DNA of 64,000 nt from Octopus sinensis. Taxonomy: Eukaryota. The notes under the pieces were generated by a model that was not told the DNA's origin, did not search any database, and was given only the letters and a program-made list of their open reading frames with translations. The stretch is from NCBI RefSeq assembly GCF_006345805.1, contig NC_043009.1, positions 10,788,001 to 10,852,000 on the forward strand. The letters are read 5' to 3'. The number at the start of each line of letters is the position of its first letter. Positions within the stretch are counted from its first letter, which is position 1. Below, in pieces: positions 41,401 through 53,835 of the stretch. The translations under genes were made by a program, and so were the position numbers.

Positions 41401-43778
41401 GTAACAAGTTGGTGCTGTTATTTTATGTGCTACACGAACTATGACAGAATATGTCTGCAATCAAATGCATTCTAGTGAATTATACCTAATTTTTTATCTA
41501 GATATATTCTACCTTGGATTTCTATTATCCATTAGTGTATTCTTTATCAAGACCTTAGTTTGTTGCTTTAGATTTTGTTGCCATCTCTAGCAGGGGATAA
41601 GATCACGATGATATTCGCCTGTGAGCTTAGTAGTTAATTGACGATTTGTATGATGCATGCATGCCTTAAGACTAGGCCATAAAACTTATGTGTTCCTTAT
41701 AAGGGAACACGTCGGCAATGATGACGAGATATCAAGGACATGTGAAGCAATGATTTGTCGGTTGCTAGGTCGTCACTACATCCTCTCGATGCACCATAAC
41801 ACCGATTGAAACTTTCTGGCACCCGTAGATATTTTCATTCAGACATTTCCTCATTTCATTATATTCTCCTATGGCTTTCAAGCTCATATAATTTCCAAGT
41901 TATATCGAATTTAGCAATGCCTATTGTTATTGTTCTTTTTTTAAGACAAGATTAGGAAGCAAAAATATTTCTACGGAAACAACAGAGTTATTTACTTAGA
42001 CAATAATTGTTTTAATATATTAGTTATAATACTTTACAAGGTATTATAGACTGCTACAGATTGAGCAAGCTAGCAATACAACGGTTATATAAGAAATCAA
42101 TAACCTTTTGTATGAACACTAACTTATAATTACTTCATCAGTTTTAAGATGGTAACAGCTGTAGCAAATCTGAACTGCCACAGAAATATTTGCTGCCGAA
42201 ATGGACGACAAACTGTGTGCGATAGCAATTTCTCTGTTAGTAATGGACAATTTCAATTGATATATACAGGCGATAATGATGATAATCTTCATTCTAAATT
42301 TCACTATTTCCGTTTAACCCATTCAATATCAAAGTATACATCGTTGTCTGGAGCGAAACATACAGGAAGATATATTTGTTCTGTATATAGTTCCTTTTAG
42401 AAGTGTATAATTTGGCTGCGTGCACGTCAGCATCTGTTATTGAATATTAATCTATGCTCAAATGGTTATAGAAACGTTTAATAATAAGATATTCACGTTG
42501 AAGAAAATAGAGAATGAACGAAAAGCAGGATCGAAAAAAGATAGCGAAAAGATCTAGACGATTTTCGACATAAACAGAGGGCCTCAAATATAGGCGGGTG
42601 GGGTTAGTTGTTTAGATCATCCCAGTATTTGACTGGTACTCTGCTGCATATGTTCATGTATGTTTTCGTAAGTTTTCCTGAATGCTACTCAGCAAAATCC
42701 AAAAGACTATCCAGCTAGTATATCAGCCTAAAAATAAATAAGATCTACCAAGTGAACAAATGAACCAAGCACCAGACTAGTCAAAGACTACGAAGCAGGG
42801 GTGCACAGGAAAGAGTAGACCTAGTCATTTCTAAAAGTCATCTTTACAAACTTGCACAGCCAATATTTACCGCAAATGTGACTACCAATCTGATTCCGTC
42901 GTAGGATATCTTGCACTGGTAGATAAAACTAACTAGAAAAGGAAAAAACACTTGAAAAAAACACACACATATGCTTGCAGTTACGTAGGCGTATTCTCTC
43001 TCCTATTATTGTAGTAGAATGCAATTTGCTGTCATTTCCAACTCACACTTTCGTCTCTTATCTGAATTTTCGACTTCAGCACTTTTCAGATATTTATCGC
43101 ACGCTATACCTATCTGCTATTTCGCAACTTGTTCTATTTTATTTTCCTTGTTCGGGAATTAGTTACAACGGTTTAAATTATATATTTTCATCCACTATAT
43201 CTCATTTAGAAGGTATCAATAACTAAAATACCTTTCTTTTGGTTGGTGACGTTACTAGGGAAAGCGATTCTGGTGTAAGGGGCCGAAACAGCAGCAATCC
43301 TCAATCGATTGCTGATGAGAGGCAATTTTCTGCTTAAATTCACATACATAAATATATACATACATGCATACATATATATTTGGTTTGCAAGATTCTTGAT
43401 GTGAATTCGTGTGTTGAAAGAGATACAATTGTAACTTTGGTGCAGGGAATTATGCAGGTAATAATAAACACACGCACTGGTTTGGTCCTTTATTGTCATT
43501 GCTAGTTAATGGGTTAGTTACTCCACTAACAAAACTATCGATCAGCTGTTTTTTTACTAGTATTTCTAACTCCTATCTTAAACACTTTAGTCAAACAGTT
43601 AATCGATAGTTCTAATGTTCAGTATTGTTCAGTTTGTCATTTCTTTTTTTGTCAAATAATTATTTCATCGCATTGCTTCAATCTCTTCAGTGACACATCT
43701 CAACTTCCATTTCTTTTGAACTCATGTTCCAGCGTTGGGATTTGTCCGAGATCTGTTCGAGATGAATAAGTGCGGGTA

Positions 43779-43819
<41 letters not shown>

Positions 43820-44095
43820 TGTGTGTTTATACGTAAGTGCATGAATCCGTATGCGTGTGTTTTTTAAACACTGACTTCAGTCATTTTTCATATACATATG
43901 ATAGCGGTTTTGATTTTCGCTTCGCAAACGCACACGTTCATCCAAATAACGTGTCTTTTCAAGACAGTTAAACCGTTTTCTTTGATAAATGCTGAATAAA
44001 TTGATATCTATCTGTGCGTGAGTATGAGTATGCATATGCGTGCGCGTGTGTCTGTCTGTGTATGAGAGGGCACGTGTGTAGGAGCATATGTATAT

Positions 44096-44170
<75 letters not shown>

Positions 44171-44194
44171 TCTTTTATTCGTTTACTATTTTAT

Positions 44195-44418
44195 TCTTTT
44201 ACTTCTTCCAGTCATGCTGGAGCACCACCTATGGTCGAATAAATCGACCCCAGGATTTATTATTTGTAAGCCTAGTACTTATTCTATCGGTCTCTTTTGC
44301 CGAACCGCTAAGTTACAGAGACATAAACACACCAACATCGGTTGTCAAGCGATGGTAGGGGGACAAACACAGACACACAAATACATACATACATACATAC
44401 ATACATACATACATACAT

Positions 44419-44482
<64 letters not shown>

Positions 44483-44625
44483 GACGGGTTTCTTTCAGAT
44501 TCCCTCAACCAAATCCACTCACAAGGTTTTGGACGGCCCGAGGCTATAGTAGAAGGCACTTTTCCAAGGTGCCACGCAGTGAGACTGAACCCGGAGAAAG
44601 TTTCTTTCCACACAGCTACTCCTAT
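44195..44625 (-). mobile_element. SINE family A, full length
   Basis: Reverse complement of family A. Confidence 0.85.
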
Positions 44626-45703
44626 AGTTTTATAAAAAAATATTAGACAAATCTAATACAACTAATGTAAAACACGTAGAAGCATATGTTTACATATAGA
44701 AATGTCCAACTTACACAGAATAGAAATGACATCAGGAATTAAAGGAATTTAATCTCCTTTCTGTCAAACGTAAAATTCTTCCCTGAAGATGGAGGCTGGT
44801 ATTATCTGATGATGGACTCAGTTTTCAACCATTATTTTGGACCACCAAACCCCACAAAATAGCTGTTGGACTCGTAAAACTCATATTTAACCTCTTTCGT
44901 TGCCACAGTAATTTGCGTCTGTGGAAAAGGTGAAGCTGTTTTTATTCCTATCTTACCTTTAATACCTTCCAATATGCCCTTTCGAATTCAAACGACTTTA
45001 ATTTCCATTTCGTCTGTTTTTTACGATATGCCAAGATCAGAATTTGAAAGTTATTGGTTTGGAATTAGAGGAGGAATGTTTTTCACACAGTCAGTTGTAT
45101 GATGGAGTTCCAGAGTGGGGAGCAAGGACAATCGTTTCATTTTCGCCCCTACTGGTAAAACCCGAAACATTGTCTTAAAGGAAGTTTTTAGCATGAGATC
45201 AAGAAGCCAAATTTTGTAGAATGAATAACTTTGAATTGATATTGCCAACGTTACAATTAAATATACTTAGGTTAGTTTTTGGTTAATTTTCCTCTTGCGT
45301 TTCACCGGATATCTAACGATTTGTATATACAGTGTGGCTAAAGTATCATAAAAATGTATTTCAGTATAATCCAGTGATGAACACGTCGAATCTATGTCAT
45401 TAGTACTCCTATGAGCTTTCATCTGTTGGCCATCATCCGACAAGGTGAAATAATGTTCATGCATGTGTATGTCTAGATATCCATATGAATGAACCTTTCT
45501 ATATGACATTATATTTAATATACTTGTGACTTTTGTCTCATATTTAACAAATGGTTGGCTATAAGAAACCAAAATCCTAAAATAGTTTTTGGGAACTGGT
45601 TAGTTAAGCGACAGAAGAGAAAGAAAGAAAGAACATAAGCTTTTATAGAGATAACAGACACGTACACACACTTATCTCTCTCGATTCCTTTCTTTCTCTC
45701 TCT

Positions 45704-45765
<62 letters not shown>

Positions 45766-45767
<2 letters not shown>

Positions 45768-46163
45768 TCTTTACTCTTTACTCTTTTACTTGTTTCAGTC
45801 ATTTGACTGCGGCCATGCTGGATCACCGCCTTAATCAAGCAACTCGATACCGAGACTTATTCTTTTGTAAGCCCAGTACTTATTCTATCGGTCGCTTTTG
45901 CCGAACCGCTAAGTAACGGGGACATAAACACACCAGCATCGGTTGTCAAGCAATGATAGGGGGACAATCACACACACACACACTCATATATATATACATA
46001 TATACGACGGGCTTCTTTCAGTTTCCGCCTACCAAATCCACTCACAGGGCTTTGGTCGGCCCGAGGCTATAGTAGAAGACACTTGCCCAAGGTGCCACTC
46101 AGTGGGACTGAACCCGGAACCATGTAGTTGGTAAACAAGCTACTTACCACGCAGCCACTCCTA
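45766..46163 (-). mobile_element. SINE family A, full length
   Basis: Reverse complement of family A. Confidence 0.85.
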
Positions 46164-46227
46164 CATATATTCATTCTTACACAAAAATATATATATGTAT
46201 ACACACACGCACGCACGCACACAAACA

Positions 46228-46625
46228 TATATAAGAATTTTTTGCGTAATGAGATAAAAAGAACCAATGCTGTGTAGACATTAGAACATTTATAGATAGA
46301 AGGTCTTGCAGCTGTTTCCAGGATATTTATTAATTATATCCCTTCATCGGAGACGGTGTGAGGGGATGGTTAAGTAATACTTAATTTAGATATGATACAA
46401 AATAGAGAGTGAGGTGGAGGAATGAAAATAGATGTGAGATATGTAGGGATATTGAAGTTGTAGATCCATTTTTTTAGGCAGAATGGTATATACGTAAGGT
46501 TCCAATACCTTATGAGTAAAATCCAACAGAATTTAAAATGGGTTACTCCAAATATAGAGTTTATACACAATGTAAGATTCCAATACCTATAAACTTATCT
46601 CATTACGCAAAAAAATTCTTATATA
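46228..46625. mobile_element. MITE with TIRs of about 30 bp
   Basis: TATATAAGAATTTTTTGCGTAATGAGATAA (46228-46257) and its reverse complement at 46595-46625. Confidence 0.7.
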
Positions 46626-46757
46626 CACACGCTGACATATGACCAACGTTGAACCCCTTATTCACAAAATTACCGAACCTGGAACTTAACTATGGTCTGT
46701 CTATAGCACTTATTCAGCATTACCTGACAACTTTGGGTCTCAATGACACCATTAACT

Positions 46758-46793
<36 letters not shown>

Positions 46794-47172
46794 GGCATAG
46801 TTACTGCTTACTAAATCACTAATTCACTACGTTTAGGTGAGCAGGGCCTGAGGCTGGAGTGGAAAACAGTAGTCCATGATGCCGTACAATGGAAATGAAT
46901 CCGAATCGATGTGTTACCGGAAGAAACGTTTAAGCCCCACAGCATCACCAACAGATTCTGTTATGCCTTAGCATTCGCTTTCTTTTTATTGATACGACCT
47001 GCATATTGAGCATTCAAACTTTCTGAGCATTTGGCAATAGTGGACCATCATCGTTATTTCGGGTTCCTTACGATACGATTTCTGCCACGTTTTCACACCT
47101 TCATATAAATTCTTCAATGTAACGTATTGATAATGTGCTATAATAACTTCACCCTAACACATGTCTTTTCAG

Positions 47173-47342
47173 GTCGCTACTGTGAAGCAGAAATTAACGA
47201 ATGTGCATGGTTCCATTGTCTCAACGGAGGTAGATGTCAGGATGGTCGCGCGTCCTTTTTATGTATCTGTCCTGCAAAATATACAGGGTCTCGGTGTGAA
47301 CGAGAAATCAATGCTTGTGACAGTTCTCCTTGTTTAAATCAG
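47173..47342 (+). CDS. DSL-EGF gene, exon C (EGF2 and start of EGF3)
   Basis: ttttcag acceptor, CAG|gttggt donor, phase 1-0; RYCEAEINECAWFHCLNGGRCQDGRASFLCICPAKYTGSRCEREINACDSSPCLNQ. Confidence 0.92.
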
Positions 47343-47754
47343 GTTGGTGATGCATATCAATTTCATATTCCTGAATGCAGCGCAACGCATACAGTTAAAT
47401 TGGATCTTAGTAGCATATACGAAGGGAATTCACTACATCTGGGCAAATGATTAGTGATCCTTAATTCAGGCTTCGTAGGTTTGTTGTAATGCATATGAGA
47501 GATTTCTATACACACAAATAACTAACTGGATTAACACCATCCTTCTAATGGTATTGCGCAATATTTTATCAACAAGTAATGGCTGTGAGGATTAACAAAT
47601 TTGGGTGAATAAATTGTCATGCTTTATATTCCTATGATGTTTCGAACTTTTTGATCAGGCGCTATACCATACCATGGCGAGAAAAGAAAAGATATATAGA
47701 TACAATAAGATATATCGATATTAATTCAATAAGAGTAAGGAAGATGGAGCAGAT

Positions 47755-47759
<5 letters not shown>

Positions 47760-47792
<33 letters not shown>

Positions 47793-47830
47793 TGTATGTA
47801 TTGTATGTATGTATGTATGTATGTATGTAC

Positions 47831-47869
<39 letters not shown>

Positions 47870-47906
47870 ATATTTATATATATATATATGTATGTATATA
47901 TATATG

Positions 47907-47944
<38 letters not shown>

Positions 47945-48310
47945 TGTATGTATATATATATGTATATATATATATGTATGTATATATATGTATATATATA
48001 TGTATGTATATATATGTATATATATGTATATATATATGTATATATATATATATATATATTCTAATACATTGTTATTAATATCAGGAAATCAATATTAGAG
48101 AATTCTTCAGAAAGATATATACCTATGTAAAATAATTGTTGTATTAAATATATAAATATATATAAATATATGTAAAAATGTATAAGTATAAATATGTAAT
48201 ATATATGACAGTACAATATGATGGATTTTATGCATAATTATTATGGATATATGTATGTATGTATATATATGCATGTATATATATATATATATATATATAT
48301 ATGTAAATAT
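47760..48310. repeat. (TATG)n/(TA)n arrays
   Basis: Directly visible; interrupted by AT-rich spacer sequence. Confidence 0.85.
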
Positions 48311-48665
48311 ATCGCGATCGCGAGTGGACTCAGTCCGCTGCTTTTCGCCTAGGCACCGTCGTCGTCGACCGCTCGTTCCGCGGGCGGTAGTCTGCCGCCT
48401 CGTCGGCGTTCGATTTCCTGGGCGCCGGCATCGGATGCACTTCCCCTCCGATCCGTCGTCGCGACCTGTTTCCCGTCGAGCCGGTAGGTGCGCGGCGTCC
48501 GCAGGTCGCAGACGAGCGCCCGCCACTGCCGCCGGCTTCGCGGCCGGTCGGCGGTACGGGATCCACGCGCTCTTCTCGACCGGGCCCGTCGCCCCACGAA
48601 AAGCGCAGGCACGGCTAACCGACGGAGACGGGCAAACGCACCTCGCCCTCAGCAAGAAAAAGACT
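48310..48665. other. GC/CpG-rich island of unknown origin
   Basis: 41 of 60 bases are G or C at 48361-48420, against strongly AT-rich surroundings; bounded by (TA)n arrays. Confidence 0.8.
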
Positions 48666-48821
48666 TGTTTTAGTTCTATTCCTGAGCGCCATACTAATAC
48701 AGTATTTGTTTGTACTCCACCTGCCTTCGTCTTTTGTTTATTTTCGTAAACCTTCCGTTATATATATGTATATACGTATAGGTATATATATATGTATATA
48801 TACATACATATATATACATGC

Positions 48822-48867
<46 letters not shown>

Positions 48868-48896
48868 TGCATATATATACATGTATATATACATAT

Positions 48897-51800
48897 AATA
48901 TTTTAAGTATAGGAAAGAATGGAGCTGAGCGAAGATTTAACAAAATTCCTTTATTTTATTTTCGACATAAACTTAGATAAACTTAGATATGTTTCGACCA
49001 AAGATTGGTCCAGGCCATGTCTAACTTAATAGCACCACCTGATAGGATTATTCGAATCCTGTTTAAGTCAAGTTTTGTTTAAATCAAGTTTTGTTTAAAT
49101 CAAGTTTTGTTCAAGTAGTGAGTTCTTGTTGGGTGAGTTGTATCCAATTATGGGTGGCTTATCTGGTATTCTTTGAAGGAATCTATCCAGACTCTGTTTA
49201 AAGTTGATGGGATCCTTCTCCTCTTTGATCTCCCTCGGGACAATGTTAAATAGGGCAGGGCCTGTTGAGGAAAAGAAATTATGTTGCAGTGTACATGTAT
49301 GTTGTGATCTTGAATTGGGCAGGGGGCGTATAGCCCGTGGTCCAAGTCTTGGATGAACCTTGAAGCTAATGTTTAGGTCGTTTGGGCAAAGTTGGCGGTA
49401 TATTTTCCACATCGTACAAATGATGTACCGCTCACGGCGACGCTGGAGGGAGTAAAGTTTCAAGGCTTTAAGGCGATCCCAATAATCGAGAGCAGCCATG
49501 CCTTCAATTTGTTTAGTGAGTGCCCTCTGGGGTGACTCAATTCTGGAGATGTTTTGTCTTGTGTGAGGAGACCACAGTGGGCAGCAGTATTCAAGGTTTG
49601 GCCGTACAAAGGAGGAAAAAAGTGGTATGATGACACCTTGTTCTCTGGACCTGAAAGTTCTTAAGATCCAGGAACTCATCCTACGAGCTATATCGACCTT
49701 CTTGTTGATGTGTGCACTCCAACTGAGATCGTCATCAACAATTACACCCAGGTCTCTGATATTGTTAGAGGCTGTGAGCGGTTCCCCTGAAGGAAGAGAG
49801 TATGGTTGTTTTAGTGAGGAATTTCTTCCAAAATGCATCAGCTCAAATTTTCCCTCATTCAGTTGCATTTTGTTTCTGTCTGCCCATTGACTCACAGCAT
49901 ATAGATCAGACTGGAGTTGAGTTCGGTCTGCTTCTTCATTGACGACTTGCTGAAGCTTAGTGTCATCATCAAATATTTTCACTTTGCAGTAATGTACGAC
50001 ACTGGAAAGGTCGTTTACGTAAATTATGAAGAGTAGCGGACCCAAAACAGTTCCCTGGGGAACACCGCTGGTGACTTTTGCTGGGTTTGAGTGGACTCCA
50101 TCAACTACAACATGTTGTGTTCTATTCGCCAGGAAATACTTAATCCAGTGTAGAACTTTTCCACGGATTCCAACATTTGCCAATTTTGAGAGTAGGATGT
50201 TATGGTCTACCCTGTCGAACGCTTTACTGAAGTCAAGATATATGACATCAGAGTTCGAACCTGTTCCCAAGGCTTTGAGTACATCTTCAATGTGGTGTAA
50301 GAGCTGTGTTAGACAGTCCCTGCCACAGCAAAGCCATGCTGATTTGCATTTAGGAGTTTTTGGGGTCTCCAGGAAGTCAGCTATCCTTGATCTTAACACT
50401 CTTTCAAACATTTTAATGATGTGGGAGGTAAGTGAGATTGGGCGATAGTTGACTGCGAGGGATCTGTTTCCCTGTTTGAAAACCGGGATGACCGACTGGG
50501 ATAGAAACTGTTTCGGTATATAACCTGCGTCTAACGAATTTCTCCAGAGGTTGGTCAGAGGGACTGCAAGTTGGTATCTACATTCCTTCAGGAGACTAGC
50601 GGGAAATCTATCAGGGCCTACAGCAGAGTAATGTTTGACCTCATTTATTGCTGCTACGATGTCGGTGGCAGTGAAGGTTATGTCTGAGATTTGTGTGTTG
50701 GAGTCAACTTCGTTCGTTTCCCTTACGTCAATATCAGTGGGAACACTAAAGACAGAGCGGTATTGTTTCTGCAGTATTTCTGCCATTTCTTTAGCATCGT
50801 GTTGGGGAATGCCGTTATCATCAATCAATGGCCCAATGGGTGAGACAGTGGTTCTATGCTTATTGCATAAGAATAGAACACTTTTGGGTTCTGTTTGATG
50901 TTTTTGATTACCCATTGTTCCTCTACAGCTCTTTGATTTTCAATGGAGGTTTTCATGTTGTCTGCTGCAGATGAAGTTTTTCCAGCTCTAGTCTTTTCAT
51001 TGTTGTTGAATGTGGATGTTGTGTGTGGGAATATTTTAATTGGTTGATTTTTTTGTTGAGTCTTTTGATGCGCCTGATGAGTGTTTTTTTTCTTTTTAGG
51101 GAGCCGGTTTCTGTTTGTGTTAGTAGATTTCTTGGGAGCGTGTTTAGAGCATGTATAGGTGACGATGTTTTCAAAGTGCTGCCACGCGGTCTCAATATGA
51201 GAGGAATTGAGAGTAAAAGACCAGTCTATGGAAGACAGATCCTTTCTGATTGTTCCCCAGTCCGCTTTGTGGAAGTTTATGTTGTCAAATGGGTGCCATG
51301 GAGTGGGATTGGCTGGTTTGGTTTTTATATGTCGGGAATTAAGATTGCAGTGTACCATGTCGTGGTCTGAGAGGAGAGTTTTTTCGACTGAAATACTGTG
51401 AACGTAGCTAGAGTGATTGGTCAATACCAGATCCAAGATCGTTTTATTCTGTCTCGTTGGTTCAAGCACTAGCTGAGTCAGGAAATACTCATCCATCAGA
51501 TTAAAGAGAAGTTCTGCTGCTGCTCTATCTGATGTAGAGCACTTGCCTAACTTCAGAGTATTTGTGGGCCAGTTCACATGAGGGAGGTTAAAATCACCCA
51601 TCACTAGTATGTTTCCGGAGTGGTACTTCCGAAGGAAGGACTTGACTTTGCTAAGGCACTCTTCAAAGTACTTTAGAGGTGCCTGGGGAGGCCTGTAAAG
51701 ACCAACAATGGTTATGTCCTTGGCTTTGTTGTATAGTGATACCGATTCACAGTAGCCATTGGAAAATATGTCCTTGGCATCAAGTGAAAAGGAGTCATGG

Positions 51801-52810
51801 ATAAAGATGGCTGTCCCTCCCTTATTTCGGTCTGTGCGATCCGCACGAACAATGGTGAAATCTTTTATTTTCACCTCTGCGTCCATATGGGTGTTGTTCA
51901 GGTGAGTCTCGGTAAGGATAAAGAAAGGGAAGCAATGTGCCATTTCGGCAAGCCAACTCTCTATATATGGGATCTTCCATTTTTGGGCAATAATTGATGG
52001 GTTGATGCCACGTACATTTAACAGGAATGTCGAGTTAAGGGAAGTTGGTAATGGGTGAGTGGTCCTTGTGATTTGCATAGATGGTTGGTGATAGCTCTCT
52101 GGATCTCCTGGCTTAGGTCGGCCTTCATATTTTCTAGGTATGTCAGTAATAAAGAGTTACTTGTTTGGTTTGCCACTTGATCAGAGGATACATATTTCAT
52201 GTTGGCGTTATTTGGTGTTTTTTCATGGTTCTGTCTACGTTGTTTGATTGTAGGAGGGGAAACATGGTTGTATTTTGTTCTTGTTGTTGTCCTAGATTTC
52301 CTCTGTTCCTGTTTATATTTATTCTGTGATCGTTTTGTGCCCTTCAGTTGGTTGTGATTGCATTCTGGATTCAGGCACATCCTTTGTGAAACAGAAGTTT
52401 GGCACAGTTTAGGATGGAATAAGGTGCGTCCATTGCCTTTTATGCATCCGTATTTAGGATCAAAACCATGGATTCTGTGTATGTTTCGAAGTCTGCAAAA
52501 TTCCTAATTCCGAATGAATAAGGAGTCCATATGCAGCTTTCTCGTCATATGGACTCCTTATTCATTCGGAATTAGGAATTTTGCAGACTTCGAAACATAT
52601 GTCGAAAATAAAATAAAGGAATTTTGTTAAATCTTCGCTCAGCTCCATTCTTTCCTATACTTAAAATATTAAATTAAGCTTCAAATTTCCGCACTAAGGA
52701 ACGGAGTATATGCCCTATGGTCGTAACTTCAACCGTGTTCTTTCTGTTGTGAGTTTGCTACCAGGTATCGGTTATCTTTCGAATTATCCGTAATAAGATA
52801 ATTATTTATC
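48897..52810 (-). mobile_element. hammerhead-bearing Penelope-LTR-like element with an internal inversion (palindrome), split by a LINE
   Basis: 48897-48968 plus 52480-52533 is the reverse complement of 52546-52670; 52671-52810 is homologous (minus strand) to 61420-61540. Confidence 0.7.
48970..52479 (-). mobile_element. CR1/L2-group LINE, 5'-truncated (partial ORF1, APE endonuclease, RT, 3' UTR)
   Basis: EN motifs LLNVRG, LTETHL, GDFNLP, SDHD; RT motifs YRPISLTS, DFSKAFDRV, GVPQGTVLGP, FDDDT, LYSLQRRRERY; Cys/His ORF1 remnant FHPKLC..C..C; 3 x 16-bp repeat at 49062-49109; (AAACTTAGAT)2 tail. Confidence 0.95.
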
Positions 52811-53105
52811 TACTTAAATATATATACATATATTATACATACGCATATAATATGTATGTATATATATTATATAGATAGATATATGTACGTATATATGTAT
52901 ATATATGTATAAGTAAATATATATATGTTTATATATATAGATATATAATATATATGTATATATATGTATAAGTAAATTATATATGTTTATATATATATAA
53001 TATATATGTATATATATATACATACACATATATATATATGTATAATATATATAGATAGATATATGTACGTATATATGTATTATATGTATAAGTAAATATA
53101 TATAT

Positions 53106-53146
<41 letters not shown>

Positions 53147-53584
53147 TATATGTATAAGTAAATAATATATATGTATATATATGTATAAGTAAATATATAT
53201 ATGTTTATATATATATATTATATATGTATATATATGTATAAGTAAATATATATATGTTTATATATATATATATATGTATATATATGTATAAGTAAATATA
53301 TATAGTTTATATATATATATTATATATAATATATAATATATATATTCTTATATATATATATATGTATATATATATAATATAATATATATATATGTATATA
53401 TAATATATTATATATATAATAGTATATATATATATATATTATATATATATGTATATAATATAATATATATGTATATTATTATATATATATATATATGTAT
53501 GTATATATATATATATATATGTATACATATATATATATATATATATATGTATACATATATGTATACATATATATATATATATGT

Positions 53585-53676
<92 letters not shown>

Positions 53677-53696
53677 GTATATTATATATATATGTA

Positions 53697-53753
<57 letters not shown>

Positions 53754-53835
53754 ATATATATATATCTATATATATATAATATATATAATATATATATATA
53801 TATATCTATATATATATATATATATATGTATATAT
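52810..53835. repeat. about 1 kb AT-dominated array containing a minisatellite
   Basis: (TA)n with GTATAAGTAAAT landmarks recurring about seven times at 52900-53300. Confidence 0.9.

Noticed and set aside
42149-42400. Cys-containing ORF (NCHRNICCRNG) inside the second intron
   Set aside because: Not a six-Cys EGF pattern; the phase-1 frame stops after about 25 codons; no good donor.
43255-43345. GAAAC and CTGATGA boxes close together
   Set aside because: Order and pairing do not give a complete hammerhead (no NUH or stem III); at most a decayed remnant.
48107-48749. Overlapping 168-182-aa ORFs on both strands
   Set aside because: An artefact of high GC content plus flanking microsatellites; no domain or splice support.
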